Shown here: positions 44,531-53,876 of the stretch, in pieces
Layout: every line of letters begins with the position of its first letter
Numbering within the stretch: the first letter of the stretch is position 1
From: Candidatus Nanopelagicaceae bacterium
GTDB taxonomy: Bacteria > Actinomycetota > Actinomycetes > Nanopelagicales > Nanopelagicaceae
Length of the DNA: 64,000 nucleotides
NCBI GenBank assembly: GCA_035530875.1
Contig: DATKUB010000057.1
Location: 22,540 to 86,539 of the forward strand
Direction of reading: 5' to 3'
Notes under the pieces: generated by a model
Databases searched by the model: none
What the model was told of the DNA's origin: nothing
The model's input: the letters and a program-made list of their open reading frames with translations, nothing else
Made by a program: the position numbers and the translations under genes

Positions 44531-45970
44531 TCAGTGCCGCAAGTTCAATGTTGGCGCGGCGATTAGCACGTAATGACCATCGGTCATAATCCGATGCCAT
44601 TTTTGCTCGCTAATCAAATGCCAAATTAAAGGCGAGCCCACATCCAAAACAGCAGCATTTGGGCGCAATTCAGTAAGTAGATAGGCGTTTGCCCCGGAGA
44701 CCTTCAGCATTTCAAAGTACTGAGCGAGCCAATCTGGATTGAAACGATCGGCTCTACCGTCGACGGCAAGATGAACTCGATCGCCGCCCAATGCCAGGAG
44801 CACGCCGCTTGCGTTGTAATCGTTAATGATCCGAAGATTCTGAGTAGACGCTGCCAGTCGCTTGGCAATGTATTGCGGTTTTACTCCGTCCAGAGGATTT
44901 ACGAGCGCAGTAGAAATCACTGTACACAAAAGCGCCAGCGCCATCGCAAATTTGAATTTAGCGGTTGTCGCACGACTCATATCTTGACTCATTAACTTAG
45001 GAAATGCACTGATCCAACGGTCGAGCCTGCGCGCCACAAGCGGGGCAATGAGAAGCGTTGCAGGTCCGATGTTCCGAAAGGCCGTGAAGGCGAAGAGCGT
45101 CCAAATTAGAACCCAGAGAAATTCAAAAATGTTAGGTCGAGCTTTCCCTAAAGTGGAGGCAACCACAAATAAGATCAACAGCGCGAGCAAGCCATAAGCA
45201 AGTGGATCTGTGAAGTCTGTTCGCTGCCATTCGACGATGAATCTGCCTGCGGTATCCCGCAGTTTGAAGGGCAGCAAGAACCCGTTCCAACCGATCGGAG
45301 ATAAGCAACCAGCTATCGCGACCGAAATCAACAGGAAAGAAGACTGAATTATGTAGCTAAGGTTCTTGAGCCGAATGGCCGAAAGCGTCAAGGCAAGTGC
45401 CAATGCTCCTGGCGCCAGAATCCAAGAACCATGGAGGTTGGCCCAGAGGAAAGTTGCAGGTACCCAGAGCCAAGTTGAGCGCTCGAATCGTGCGTCGATC
45501 AGAATTCTGGCGCAGGTGGCACCAGTCAGGGCGATAAAGATAAGCCCGACTAGAGCTGGGCGCTCTTGGATAGATGGCACAAGCACAAAGGCGGCGGTGC
45601 CGGCGGTCACAGCTACGGCAGGCAAGCCGTTCCTGCGGGCTAGAGTGCCGACGAACACCAATAGGAGCAATAACCCAAAAATAAAACGCCACCAGATTAA
45701 TGCCTGCCATCCCAGCAATTGGTGACCTAGCGACATCAGTACTTCACTCAACCACTGGGACGTTCGCCAATTCCTAGAGTATGTACTTCCAGAGTACAAA
45801 CTCCAGGAGCTCCCAAGGTCGTTGAACGGAACTCCCGATCGAATTTGATCACCGATCTTTACATGCCACCAAGAGTCGAGATCCCCAATTCCGAGTCTGT
45901 TTATTTGCATGAAAATAGGAACTAATGAAATTGGCAGTGCAAATCTAAGGTGCCGCAGAATGGTTTTCAA
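44531..45970 (-). CDS. Polytopic membrane protein (possible GT-C-type glycosyltransferase)
   Basis: 479 aa with more than 10 hydrophobic segments. An acidic first loop (GIGDLDSWWH) and convergence with the GT4 gene are the only support, so function is only inferred. Confidence 0.4.
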   Translation of the reverse strand: MKTILRHLRFALPISLVPIFMQINRLGIGDLDSWWHVKIGDQIRSGVPFNDLGSSWSLYSGSTYSRNWRTSQWLSEVLMSLGHQLLGWQALIWWRFIFGLLLLLVFVGTLARRNGLPAVAVTAGTAAFVLVPSIQERPALVGLIFIALTGATCARILIDARFERSTWLWVPATFLWANLHGSWILAPGALALALTLSAIRLKNLSYIIQSSFLLISVAIAGCLSPIGWNGFLLPFKLRDTAGRFIVEWQRTDFTDPLAYGLLALLILFVVASTLGKARPNIFEFLWVLIWTLFAFTAFRNIGPATLLIAPLVARRLDRWISAFPKLMSQDMSRATTAKFKFAMALALLCTVISTALVNPLDGVKPQYIAKRLAASTQNLRIINDYNASGVLLALGGDRVHLAVDGRADRFNPDWLAQYFEMLKVSGANAYLLTELRPNAAVLDVGSPLIWHLISEQKWHRIMTDGHYVLIAAPTLNLRH

Positions 45971-45978
45971 TTGTTGGG

Positions 45979-46620
45979 TCAGCCTTGTTCAAGCGGGTTG
46001 TCGAGCAGCCCCCATTTGATTCCGGCGATGACTGCCTGGGCGCGACTGCCCACCGAAAGTTTTTCGTAGATTCGTGCTATATGCGTTTTGGTTGTAGAGG
46101 TGCTGATAAACAACTTTCCGCCAATCTGGCCAACCGTATCGCCGGCGGCCAAAAGTTGCAGAACATGACGTTCCTTCGGCGATAGATGCGGCCCTGGTGT
46201 TGAAGACTTTCTAGCCAGAGCAGAATCGAGATTAAGGGTGGTGAAAGAGCGTGGAGAAAATGCGGCACCCCTAGCGACGCGTACAACCTCATCGCTGGGC
46301 AGATCCTTGGCAAGAAAAGCACTGGCCCCGGCTTCTATCGCCAAGAAAAGCTGATCGTCACTTGGAAACATGGTCAAAATTACCAAGCCTAGATCTGGCT
46401 CTACGGTGCGCAGTTGGCGCACTAGCTCAAGCCCAGATCCATCTGGTAGGCGCAGATCTGTGATCACGACTTGGGCATGATGACGACTCTGCTGTGCGAG
46501 TCCTTCGCCTACCGAAGCTGCCTCTGCGATCACCTGACAGTCATCTGATCTGTCAAAGGCATGCTTTAACCCTTCGCGAATCAGTTGATGATCATCGACG
46601 AGCAGAATCGAAATCATCAT
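45979..46620 (-). CDS. NarL/LuxR-family response regulator
   Basis: Receiver ILLVDDH...VVITDLRLPDGSG plus the LuxR HTH LSPKERHVLQLLAAGDTVGQIGGKLFISTSTTKTHIARIYEKL. A 4-nt overlap with the kinase gene. Confidence 0.85.
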   Translation of the reverse strand: MMISILLVDDHQLIREGLKHAFDRSDDCQVIAEAASVGEGLAQQSRHHAQVVITDLRLPDGSGLELVRQLRTVEPDLGLVILTMFPSDDQLFLAIEAGASAFLAKDLPSDEVVRVARGAAFSPRSFTTLNLDSALARKSSTPGPHLSPKERHVLQLLAAGDTVGQIGGKLFISTSTTKTHIARIYEKLSVGSRAQAVIAGIKWGLLDNPLEQG

Positions 46621-47246
46621 GTCGGCGATGCAGTAACTTGAACTATCGTTCCGCCAAATTCTGCGTTCTTCACCTCGAAGGTTGCTCCGATCAACTCAGA
46701 TCGCTCGGCCATGGTGGTCAGTCCATAGGAAAAATCCTTGGCTCTGACGTTTCCGATGCCATTGTCTTCGATTAGCATTGAAAATGATGTAAGAGAGCCT
46801 GAAAGCGAGACCGCCAAATCTGTGGCGTGAGAGTGTTGAACCACATTTGAAATGGCCTCGATAGCTATAGCAAGAAGGTGCCTCGATACGGCCGCACCCA
46901 AATCTGTAAACTCTTCAGTACAGTTGAATCGGACAATCATCCCATCGGGTTCAATGGCATGAAGGATTTCTCGTAATTCAGCGGGTAAATCAATGTCGCC
47001 GTTACGAAGATCAAAAATGGATCTGCGTAGGCGCTGGAGCGTTTGCGATAAATCTCCCCGAATTAGGCGAATCTGGCTGCGTTCCTTCGAGCCGAGTCCG
47101 GGCGCCGTTGCCAAGTCGTCAAGACGGTAGCCAAGTGCTGCCAGGTCTTGAGCAATGCCGTCATGAATCTCTCTGGCAAGACGAACTCGCTCAAGAGCTC
47201 CAGCCGCAGCATGGGCTCCGATGGGGTCTTTTGTTGGTTGCCTCAA
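46617..47246 (-). CDS. Minimal cytoplasmic histidine kinase (HisKA_3 + HATPase_c only)
   Basis: 209 aa. H-box REIHDGIAQDL lies near the N-terminus, with N-box ISNVVQHS and G-box DNGIG. There is no TM or sensor domain. A TTG start overlaps the fadD stop (TTGA). Confidence 0.7.
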   Translation of the reverse strand: MRQPTKDPIGAHAAAGALERVRLAREIHDGIAQDLAALGYRLDDLATAPGLGSKERSQIRLIRGDLSQTLQRLRRSIFDLRNGDIDLPAELREILHAIEPDGMIVRFNCTEEFTDLGAAVSRHLLAIAIEAISNVVQHSHATDLAVSLSGSLTSFSMLIEDNGIGNVRAKDFSYGLTTMAERSELIGATFEVKNAEFGGTIVQVTASPT

Positions 47247-49024
47247 GAGTAGACAGACTCAATTTCGCTGGCGAAGTCGCGCATGACGGCGCCCCGAATG
47301 ATGCTCAACTTGGGAGTTAGATGCCCGGATGCGATAGTGAGGTCTATCGGAAGGATCGCAAAGCGCTTGATCGCCTCCGCTTTGCTGACTGCCTTATTGG
47401 CCTCGTCGACAGCGAGCTGCAGTGCGTCGCGCAATTGGGAATCTTCAATAAGCTGCGAGATTGGTAGGCCACTCTTGCCGTTTGAAGCACACCAGGCGGT
47501 CAAGAAGTCCTGATCCAAGGTGATGAGCGCTGCTATATAGGGTTTATTGTCGCCCACTACAACACACTGGCTAACCAGTGGATGTGCTCTTAGGCGGTCC
47601 TCAAGCACCGCCGGCGCGACATTTTTGCCTCCAGAGGTAACGATCAGTTCCTTCTTGCGCCCGACGATGAAGAGGAAACCGTCTTCATCGAGCCGTCCCA
47701 GGTCTCCACTTTTGAAAAATCCATCCTCTGTGAAAGCGTCTTTGGTTGCCGCCTCATTTTTCCAGTAACCGCGGAAAACAATTGGTCCCTTAATTAACAC
47801 TTCGCCGTCCGTTGCGATTCGGATCGTGGTTCCCGGGATTGGCTGGCCAACTGAACCAATCTTTACTTTTCCAGTTAGATTTAAAGTCGCTCCGGCCGTC
47901 GTTTCCGTCAAGCCGTATCCCTCTAAGACCGTGATGCCAATACCGCGGAAGAAATGTCCTAATCGAGCCCCAAGGGGCGCGCCGCCAGAGATCGCATGCT
48001 TTACCGATCCGCCTAGCGCGGCGCGCAGCTTCCCATAAACCAGATGATCGAACAGCGAGTGCTCGAGGCGTAGCAGAAATCCGGGGCCACCAGAGTCAAG
48101 GGCCTGGCTAAATCGCACGGCACAGGATACGGAGGCGTTGAAGATCCGGCCCTTACCGTCCGCTTCCGCTTTACTGCCGGCGGTGTTAAAGATTTTTTCA
48201 AAGACCCTAGGTACGGAGAGAATAAAGCGTGGCTGGAAAGAGGCGAGATCGCTGGGCAGAATAGCTAAATCAGGGCAGTGTCCAAGGCAGAGCCCGGCAA
48301 AGATGGTACCCACTCCGATCATCCGGCCGAATACGTGGGCAAGGGGTAGGAAAAGCAGGGTCGAACCGCCCTCTGAATAGAACAGATCTGCGGCCGCATT
48401 AGAAACAGCATGTGCTTCGACTAAGAAATTCGCGTGGGTAACTTCGCAGCCCTTGGGCCGCCCTGTTGTGCCAGACGTGTAGATCAAGGTCGCGAGCGCA
48501 TCAACGGGTACCCCGGCTCTACGTGTCTCTATTTCCTGATCGCTGACGTTGATTCCAGCGGCGGCCAGTTGGTCCAACGCGCCGTCTTCGATGCCCCAAA
48601 CTCGATTTAACGTGGGAGCTTTGGTCCGTACCGATTCAACGATGCTCTGATGCGTTGCGGTCTCGGCAAAGAGAGCAACCGCTTCAGAATCTGTGAGAAT
48701 CCACTCCACTTGCTCGGCCGATGACGTTTCATAGATCGGAACCACAACGGCGCCGGCCGTCCAGATTGCAAAGTCTAGGACGGTCCACTCGTAGCGGGTT
48801 CGGGACATAATCGCTACCCGGTCGCCTATGTTTACCCCAGCGGCCACGAGTCCTTTGGCGCATGCTCTGACCTGCTCGTTGAGTTCGCGAGCCGTAATTG
48901 GAATCCACTGATTCTGGCCCTCAGTTACGGCTATGTCCTTAATCTTGACCAGGACTCGATCTGGCGTTGCCTGGGCGTGGTCATAGATGAGATCGCTGAG
49001 ATTATGCGCGTTGGGTGCCGGCAT
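47243..49024 (-). CDS. fadD15: Long-chain-fatty-acid--CoA ligase (FadD15-like)
   Basis: ORF 47243..49099 with a likely ATG at 49024. AMP-binding motif IYTSGTTGRPKG and GYGLTET...GDLGRLDEDGFLFIVGRKK. The position is equivalent to Rv2187. Confidence 0.8.
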   Translation of the reverse strand: MPAPNAHNLSDLIYDHAQATPDRVLVKIKDIAVTEGQNQWIPITARELNEQVRACAKGLVAAGVNIGDRVAIMSRTRYEWTVLDFAIWTAGAVVVPIYETSSAEQVEWILTDSEAVALFAETATHQSIVESVRTKAPTLNRVWGIEDGALDQLAAAGINVSDQEIETRRAGVPVDALATLIYTSGTTGRPKGCEVTHANFLVEAHAVSNAAADLFYSEGGSTLLFLPLAHVFGRMIGVGTIFAGLCLGHCPDLAILPSDLASFQPRFILSVPRVFEKIFNTAGSKAEADGKGRIFNASVSCAVRFSQALDSGGPGFLLRLEHSLFDHLVYGKLRAALGGSVKHAISGGAPLGARLGHFFRGIGITVLEGYGLTETTAGATLNLTGKVKIGSVGQPIPGTTIRIATDGEVLIKGPIVFRGYWKNEAATKDAFTEDGFFKSGDLGRLDEDGFLFIVGRKKELIVTSGGKNVAPAVLEDRLRAHPLVSQCVVVGDNKPYIAALITLDQDFLTAWCASNGKSGLPISQLIEDSQLRDALQLAVDEANKAVSKAEAIKRFAILPIDLTIASGHLTPKLSIIRGAVMRDFASEIESVYS

Positions 49025-49137
49025 GATGGCTGGGGTAGCAAACTCAAGCACGAAGCCTCCTGAATCTAGACAGACTATCGGCACCACGGTAGCGCCCAAC
49101 TGCGCTGTTCGGCAGGGGTACGACTAACCTTCTCTAC

Positions 49138-49578
49138 ATGAGTGAGGCAACCCAGGCGTCGATCAAGATCGAGGCCCCCATGGCCGATGTGGTCGAGGTA
49201 ATAGCAGATTTGGCGAAATACCCAGAGTGGACAAGTTCCATCAAGCGAGTTGAAATCTTAGAAAGCGACGCGCAAGGTCGAGCGACAAAGGCAACTTTGT
49301 CGGTGGATGCGGGCGTTCTTCGAGACATGGTGACGGTCCAGTACGACTGGTCCTTGGCGCCAGCACAAGTAAGTTGGACGCTGGTAGAAGCCGAACTTCT
49401 TACCGAGATGGACGGCACCTACGAAGTTGTCGAAGCTGATGAAGACTCAACACAAGTTACTTACCGCCTCCAAGTGGATGTCGCAATGCCCATGCTTTCG
49501 ATGCTCAAACGCAAGGCGGAACAGGCCGTGGTCGATGCAGCCCTGAAGGAATTAAAGAAGCGAGTCGAAGCAAACTAA
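49138..49578 (+). CDS. SRPBCC (polyketide cyclase/dehydrase-like) family protein
   Basis: 146 aa with an IADLAKYPEWTSS START-like fold. The position is equivalent to Rv2185c. Confidence 0.7.
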   Translation: MSEATQASIKIEAPMADVVEVIADLAKYPEWTSSIKRVEILESDAQGRATKATLSVDAGVLRDMVTVQYDWSLAPAQVSWTLVEAELLTEMDGTYEVVEADEDSTQVTYRLQVDVAMPMLSMLKRKAEQAVVDAALKELKKRVEAN

Positions 49579-50522
49579 TGGCGTTGGCGATTGGTATCGA
49601 CGTTGGGGGAACCAAGATTCTCGGCGGCATCGTCGATGATCATGGACAGATCCTCGTTAAGGCCCGCCGAAATACGCCATCCGAAGGTGGCGCAACTCTG
49701 ATTTCTGCGATCGCGGACTTGGCCAACGAACTTCGCCGGCAATCGCACGTCGTTGCAGTTGGATTATCGATTGCCGGATTTGTTTCATCCGATCGGTCAA
49801 CGATGTTTGCCACGCCAAATATTGCTGGTCTCGATGGCGTGAAGTTGCGTCAGCCCCTGGAAAGCGCAATTGGATTGCCGGTACGCGTAGAAAATGATGC
49901 AAATTCTGCCGCTTGGGGCGAATCGGTGTATGGGGCCGGACGAGGGTGCGACCATCTGATGCTGTTGACGATCGGGACTGGCATCGGCGGCGGCATCATC
50001 ACCAACGGCGATCTATATCGAGGTGCGCATGGCGTAGCAGCGGAATTTGGGCACATGCGGATGGTGCCTAACGGCCTTAGGTGTGGGTGTGGAAGTGATG
50101 GCTGCTTTGAAAAGTATGCGTCTGGCAGTGCCCTAGCGCGAATTGCTAAAGAACTTGCGACCATCAAACCTGATCAGGCAACCAAGTTGCTCGCGCTCGG
50201 CGACGGCACAATCGACGGCATTCACGGTTCTCATATCACCGAGGCAGCCCTAGCAGGCGATCAGGTAGCTCTAGATGCGTTTGGGGAAATGGGAGACTGG
50301 CTTGGGGCTGGTATCGCAACACTAAGCGTTGTCCTGGACCCTGAGCGCGTAATTATCGGCGGTGGCGTGATTGAGGCAGGAGATCTTCTGCTCACGCCTA
50401 CTCGCAATGCTCTGATGCGGAATCTGCCATACGCGGCGAAGCGACCGGCTCCCTCAATTGTGCCAGCAGAGTTGGGCAATGACGCGGGGCTAGTAGGGGT
50501 TGCCGACTTATCTAGGCTCTAG
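49578..50522 (+). CDS. ROK-family glucokinase
   Basis: IGIDVGGTKI, ENDANSAAWGE and the zinc motif GHMRMVPNGLRCGCGSDGCFE. Confidence 0.85.
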   Translation: MALAIGIDVGGTKILGGIVDDHGQILVKARRNTPSEGGATLISAIADLANELRRQSHVVAVGLSIAGFVSSDRSTMFATPNIAGLDGVKLRQPLESAIGLPVRVENDANSAAWGESVYGAGRGCDHLMLLTIGTGIGGGIITNGDLYRGAHGVAAEFGHMRMVPNGLRCGCGSDGCFEKYASGSALARIAKELATIKPDQATKLLALGDGTIDGIHGSHITEAALAGDQVALDAFGEMGDWLGAGIATLSVVLDPERVIIGGGVIEAGDLLLTPTRNALMRNLPYAAKRPAPSIVPAELGNDAGLVGVADLSRL

Positions 50523-50556
50523 GTACTTGGATTCCTTGCCATCAGAATTAGGCGAA

Positions 50557-51165
50557 CTAGACGACGGCACCACTTTCAGGATCGTCATCGTCCTCGTCAG
50601 GGTTTCTTGTTTGGAGTAAGAGCGCGGCTAATCCGGCGACGAATCCGAAAAGGCCGAGCCAAGTTGCAAAGCCAGTCGGATCAAATTGCGTGAGTGCATT
50701 CGCTGCCAACAGAAGTGGGCCGCCTAGCGCGCCAAGCAGAGCAATTCGCGTGGATTTTTGAAATCTCGGAAGCGGCTCAGGCTCGGGCGGCTCGAAGTGA
50801 TCAAGGCGGTCCAACTCATCGAGATATGTAGTGCCAGACGGCATCGATAATTGCGACACGATGGCCTCAAAATCAGAGATGTTTGTCGATTCGGGCCATT
50901 CTGATTGCTCACTCGCGACAATTTCCAGAGCAAGTTTGCGCTTGCTCTGATCGACATAAATCTTCTGGCCTAGTGGTGAGTCCAGGGACAGTCCGCGATA
51001 GATCGAGTCACCAGTTTCAGGAAGGGAAAAGGCCGCTATTCCCCCTTCTCGTAACGCGACGAGCAGGTTATCTGCAATCGGAGGAGTGGCGGTGGCGATC
51101 AGTGACCAAATGGTTGCCGGCAGCCCATTCGACCTTGCTCCGTCGGGAGGAACCGCGTTGGTCAC
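50557..51165 (-). CDS. Hypothetical protein with two C-terminal TM helices and acidic tail
   Basis: 202 aa. A 4-nt overlap with the upstream hydrolase gene. No family recognised. Confidence 0.4.
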   Translation of the reverse strand: MTNAVPPDGARSNGLPATIWSLIATATPPIADNLLVALREGGIAAFSLPETGDSIYRGLSLDSPLGQKIYVDQSKRKLALEIVASEQSEWPESTNISDFEAIVSQLSMPSGTTYLDELDRLDHFEPPEPEPLPRFQKSTRIALLGALGGPLLLAANALTQFDPTGFATWLGLFGFVAGLAALLLQTRNPDEDDDDPESGAVV

Positions 51166-51938
51166 GTTGGATCTCCTGTTGAGGCGACGCCGTTCTGAGA
51201 GTGTTTGGCTTCGCCTCGCTTGATGAATGCCAGAGACTCTTGATGGATTATCTCTGCATCGTAGTCGAGCGTTGCAACATGAAAGGAGTTCTCGAGCAAC
51301 ACCAAATTCTTCTCGAGCGACTTGGCTTCGTGAAGGATAGCTTCACTACTCGAAGCCGGAACTACGTGGTCTTGAAGTGACCGGAAGAGCAAGATGGGGG
51401 TTTCGATTTTGGCCATCCGTGGCGAAATGTCGCGAAGGAGAAGACTAAGCGAGTGGAGTGCTTTAAGCGGTGTTTCGGCATAACCGTGCACGGGTGGATT
51501 CGGCTTTGAAATATCGCTTGCGCTCGGCTTGAGCGTCTTTCGAAAAAATCTCAGTGCACTTGCCCGGCGGATGAGACCGTGCGGGTCTTTAAGTGCCGGA
51601 TTGACAAGAATAAGTCCAGATATCAACTCGGGGTAGCGCTCGGCTAGGCGCACGCCGAGGGCCCCGCCCATCGAAAAGCCGGCGATGAATAGCAAGTCAG
51701 TCTGTTCAGCTAGCGCTTGAAGCCCCTTCTCGGCTTCGGCATACCAATCCTGCCAAGTGGTCTTGTTCATCTCTGGCCAATCGGTGCCATGTCCTGGCAG
51801 TCGTGGCGCGATAACGCTATATCCCGAGCGTGCTAGGAACTCGGCCCAGGGCAGTACGGATGCGGGGGATCCAGTGAACCCGTGAAGCATCAGAACGCCA
51901 GTTCGACCGCCTTCAGCCAGGTAAGTGTCGGCATGCAT
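51162..51938 (-). CDS. Alpha/beta hydrolase (carboxylesterase / monoacylglycerol lipase-like)
   Basis: ORF 51162..51956 with an ATG at 51938. It has the HGFTGSP oxyanion motif and the GFSMGG nucleophile elbow. Confidence 0.8.
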   Translation of the reverse strand: MHADTYLAEGGRTGVLMLHGFTGSPASVLPWAEFLARSGYSVIAPRLPGHGTDWPEMNKTTWQDWYAEAEKGLQALAEQTDLLFIAGFSMGGALGVRLAERYPELISGLILVNPALKDPHGLIRRASALRFFRKTLKPSASDISKPNPPVHGYAETPLKALHSLSLLLRDISPRMAKIETPILLFRSLQDHVVPASSSEAILHEAKSLEKNLVLLENSFHVATLDYDAEIIHQESLAFIKRGEAKHSQNGVASTGDPT

Positions 51939-51972
51939 GGGCTGATCGTGGCACACCTACTATCGTTAAGAG

Positions 51973-52659
51973 GTGCTCTATTCGATTCTGAAGTCAATTT
52001 TAGAACCAACGCTCGGCGCGCTTTTCCGCCCGGACGTCGAGGGACTCGAGTACGTGCCAGAAGAAGGCCCGGCGATAATTGCGAGCAATCATCTGTCTTT
52101 TAGCGATTCGATCTTCTTGCCGCTGGTTGTGCCCAGGCGGGTGACCTTTCTGGCGAAAAGTGAATATTTCACTGGAAAAGGCGTAAAGGGCCGATCGACG
52201 GCAACGCTCTTTCGGGCGCTGGGTCAAGTCCCAGTAGATCGTTCCGGCGGTAGAGCTGGCGAAGAAGCGCTCACCACCGGTCTTGGAGTGCTTAATCAAG
52301 GTTCGTTGCTGGCGATCTATCCGGAAGGCACTCGTTCGCCCGACGGTCGGTTATATCGGGGTCGGACTGGGATTGCCCGACTTACCTTGGAATCCGGCGT
52401 GCCAGTGATTCCGGTGGCCATGATCAATACCGACAAAATTCAGCCACCTGGGCGGGTCGTACCAAAAATTATGCAGGTGGGGATCAAATTTGGCGAGCCT
52501 CTTAATTTTCAACGGTATGAGGGAATGAGCCAAGATCGCTTTGTGCTCCGTTCCATCACCGACGAAATCATGTACTCGCTAATGAAGTTGGGCGGACAGG
52601 AATACGTAGACATTTACGCCTCAAGGGCAAAAGCCGAGAAGAATGAAAAAACTGAGTGA
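51973..52659 (+). CDS. plsC: 1-acyl-sn-glycerol-3-phosphate acyltransferase
   Basis: NHLSFSDS (HX4D), FPEGTRS-type YPEGTRSPDG and a VPVIPVA block. Confidence 0.8.
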   Translation: MLYSILKSILEPTLGALFRPDVEGLEYVPEEGPAIIASNHLSFSDSIFLPLVVPRRVTFLAKSEYFTGKGVKGRSTATLFRALGQVPVDRSGGRAGEEALTTGLGVLNQGSLLAIYPEGTRSPDGRLYRGRTGIARLTLESGVPVIPVAMINTDKIQPPGRVVPKIMQVGIKFGEPLNFQRYEGMSQDRFVLRSITDEIMYSLMKLGGQEYVDIYASRAKAEKNEKTE

Positions 52660-52795
52660 TTTTTTTCGATAGATTGGTCTCCGTTGCTTTCTTGGACTAG
52701 AGCTGAGAATCGGATGACTTAGGTAAGGCCCACAGCGCCGTGGTAAGGCATTGTTCAAAAGTTACAATTCTAAACATGTTCTCGATAGGAGCCTC

Positions 52796-53821
52796 ATGCG
52801 TATTGGTGTCTTGACCGGCGGCGGAGATTGCCCAGGCCTGAACGCGGTCATCCGGGCCGTTGTGCGCAAGGGAGTTCAGGTCTACGGACATGAATTCCTC
52901 GGCTATCGAGATGGCTGGAAAGGTCCACTAGAAGGTTTGACGCTGCCCTTGGACATTGGTGCCGTTCGGGGCATTCTGCCGCGCGGCGGGACGATCCTTG
53001 GATCTTCGAGGACAAACCCATTCAAGATCGAGGGTGGCGTTGAGAAGATCCAGGCCAACCTGGCCCAGCACGGCGTCGATGCCCTGATAGCCATCGGCGG
53101 CGAGGACACCTTAGGGGTCGCTACGAAACTTGATGCCCTCGGCGTCAAGGTAATCGGCGTTCCCAAGACCATTGACAACGATTTAAATGCAACCGATTAC
53201 ACCTTTGGCTTCGATACGGCGGTGAACATCGCCACTGAAGCAATCGACCGCCTGCACACGACAGCCGAATCGCATCACCGAGTTCTAATCGTCGAGGTCA
53301 TGGGCCGCCATGCGGGCTGGATTGCGCTGCACGCTGGCCTTGCGGGCGGTGCAAATGTGATTCTGATCCCTGAATTGAAGTTTTCGATTGAGAAAGTTTG
53401 CGAATACGTTGAATCTCGCTTTCGCACAAACTATGCGCCAATCATTGTGGTCGCTGAGGGGGCGATCCCAGTTGAGGGCGATATGAGCGTTAAAGGCGGT
53501 GCCCTCGATGCGTTCGGGCACGTCAAATTGGCTGGCATTGGTGAGTGGTTGGCCACGGAAATTGAGAAGCGGACCGGGAAAGAAGCTCGAACTTCGGTGC
53601 TTGGGCATATTCAGCGTGGCGGTACTCCAACGGCGTTTGATCGCGTTCTTGCAACCCGCTTTGGGCTACACGCGGTCACAGCAGCCCACGAAGGAGACTG
53701 GGGGAAAATGGTTGCTCTCCAGTCGACCGACATCGTCAGGGTGCCGTTGGCGGCCGCTACCACGCAATTGAAACTTGTGAGTCCCGAACTGTACGCCGAA
53801 GCAGAAGTCTTCTTCGGCTAG
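52796..53821 (+). CDS. pfkA: 6-phosphofructokinase
   Basis: ORF 52751..53821 trimmed to the ATG at 52796 (AGGAG SD). It has RIGVLTGGGDCPGLNAVIR, IGGEDTLG, PKTIDNDL and MGRHAGW motifs. Confidence 0.9.
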   Translation: MRIGVLTGGGDCPGLNAVIRAVVRKGVQVYGHEFLGYRDGWKGPLEGLTLPLDIGAVRGILPRGGTILGSSRTNPFKIEGGVEKIQANLAQHGVDALIAIGGEDTLGVATKLDALGVKVIGVPKTIDNDLNATDYTFGFDTAVNIATEAIDRLHTTAESHHRVLIVEVMGRHAGWIALHAGLAGGANVILIPELKFSIEKVCEYVESRFRTNYAPIIVVAEGAIPVEGDMSVKGGALDAFGHVKLAGIGEWLATEIEKRTGKEARTSVLGHIQRGGTPTAFDRVLATRFGLHAVTAAHEGDWGKMVALQSTDIVRVPLAAATTQLKLVSPELYAEAEVFFG

Positions 53822-53876
53822 GCCGACGCGAAGAAACTACCCGACACTTAATGATGCGACTCTCTAGGCTGATCCC

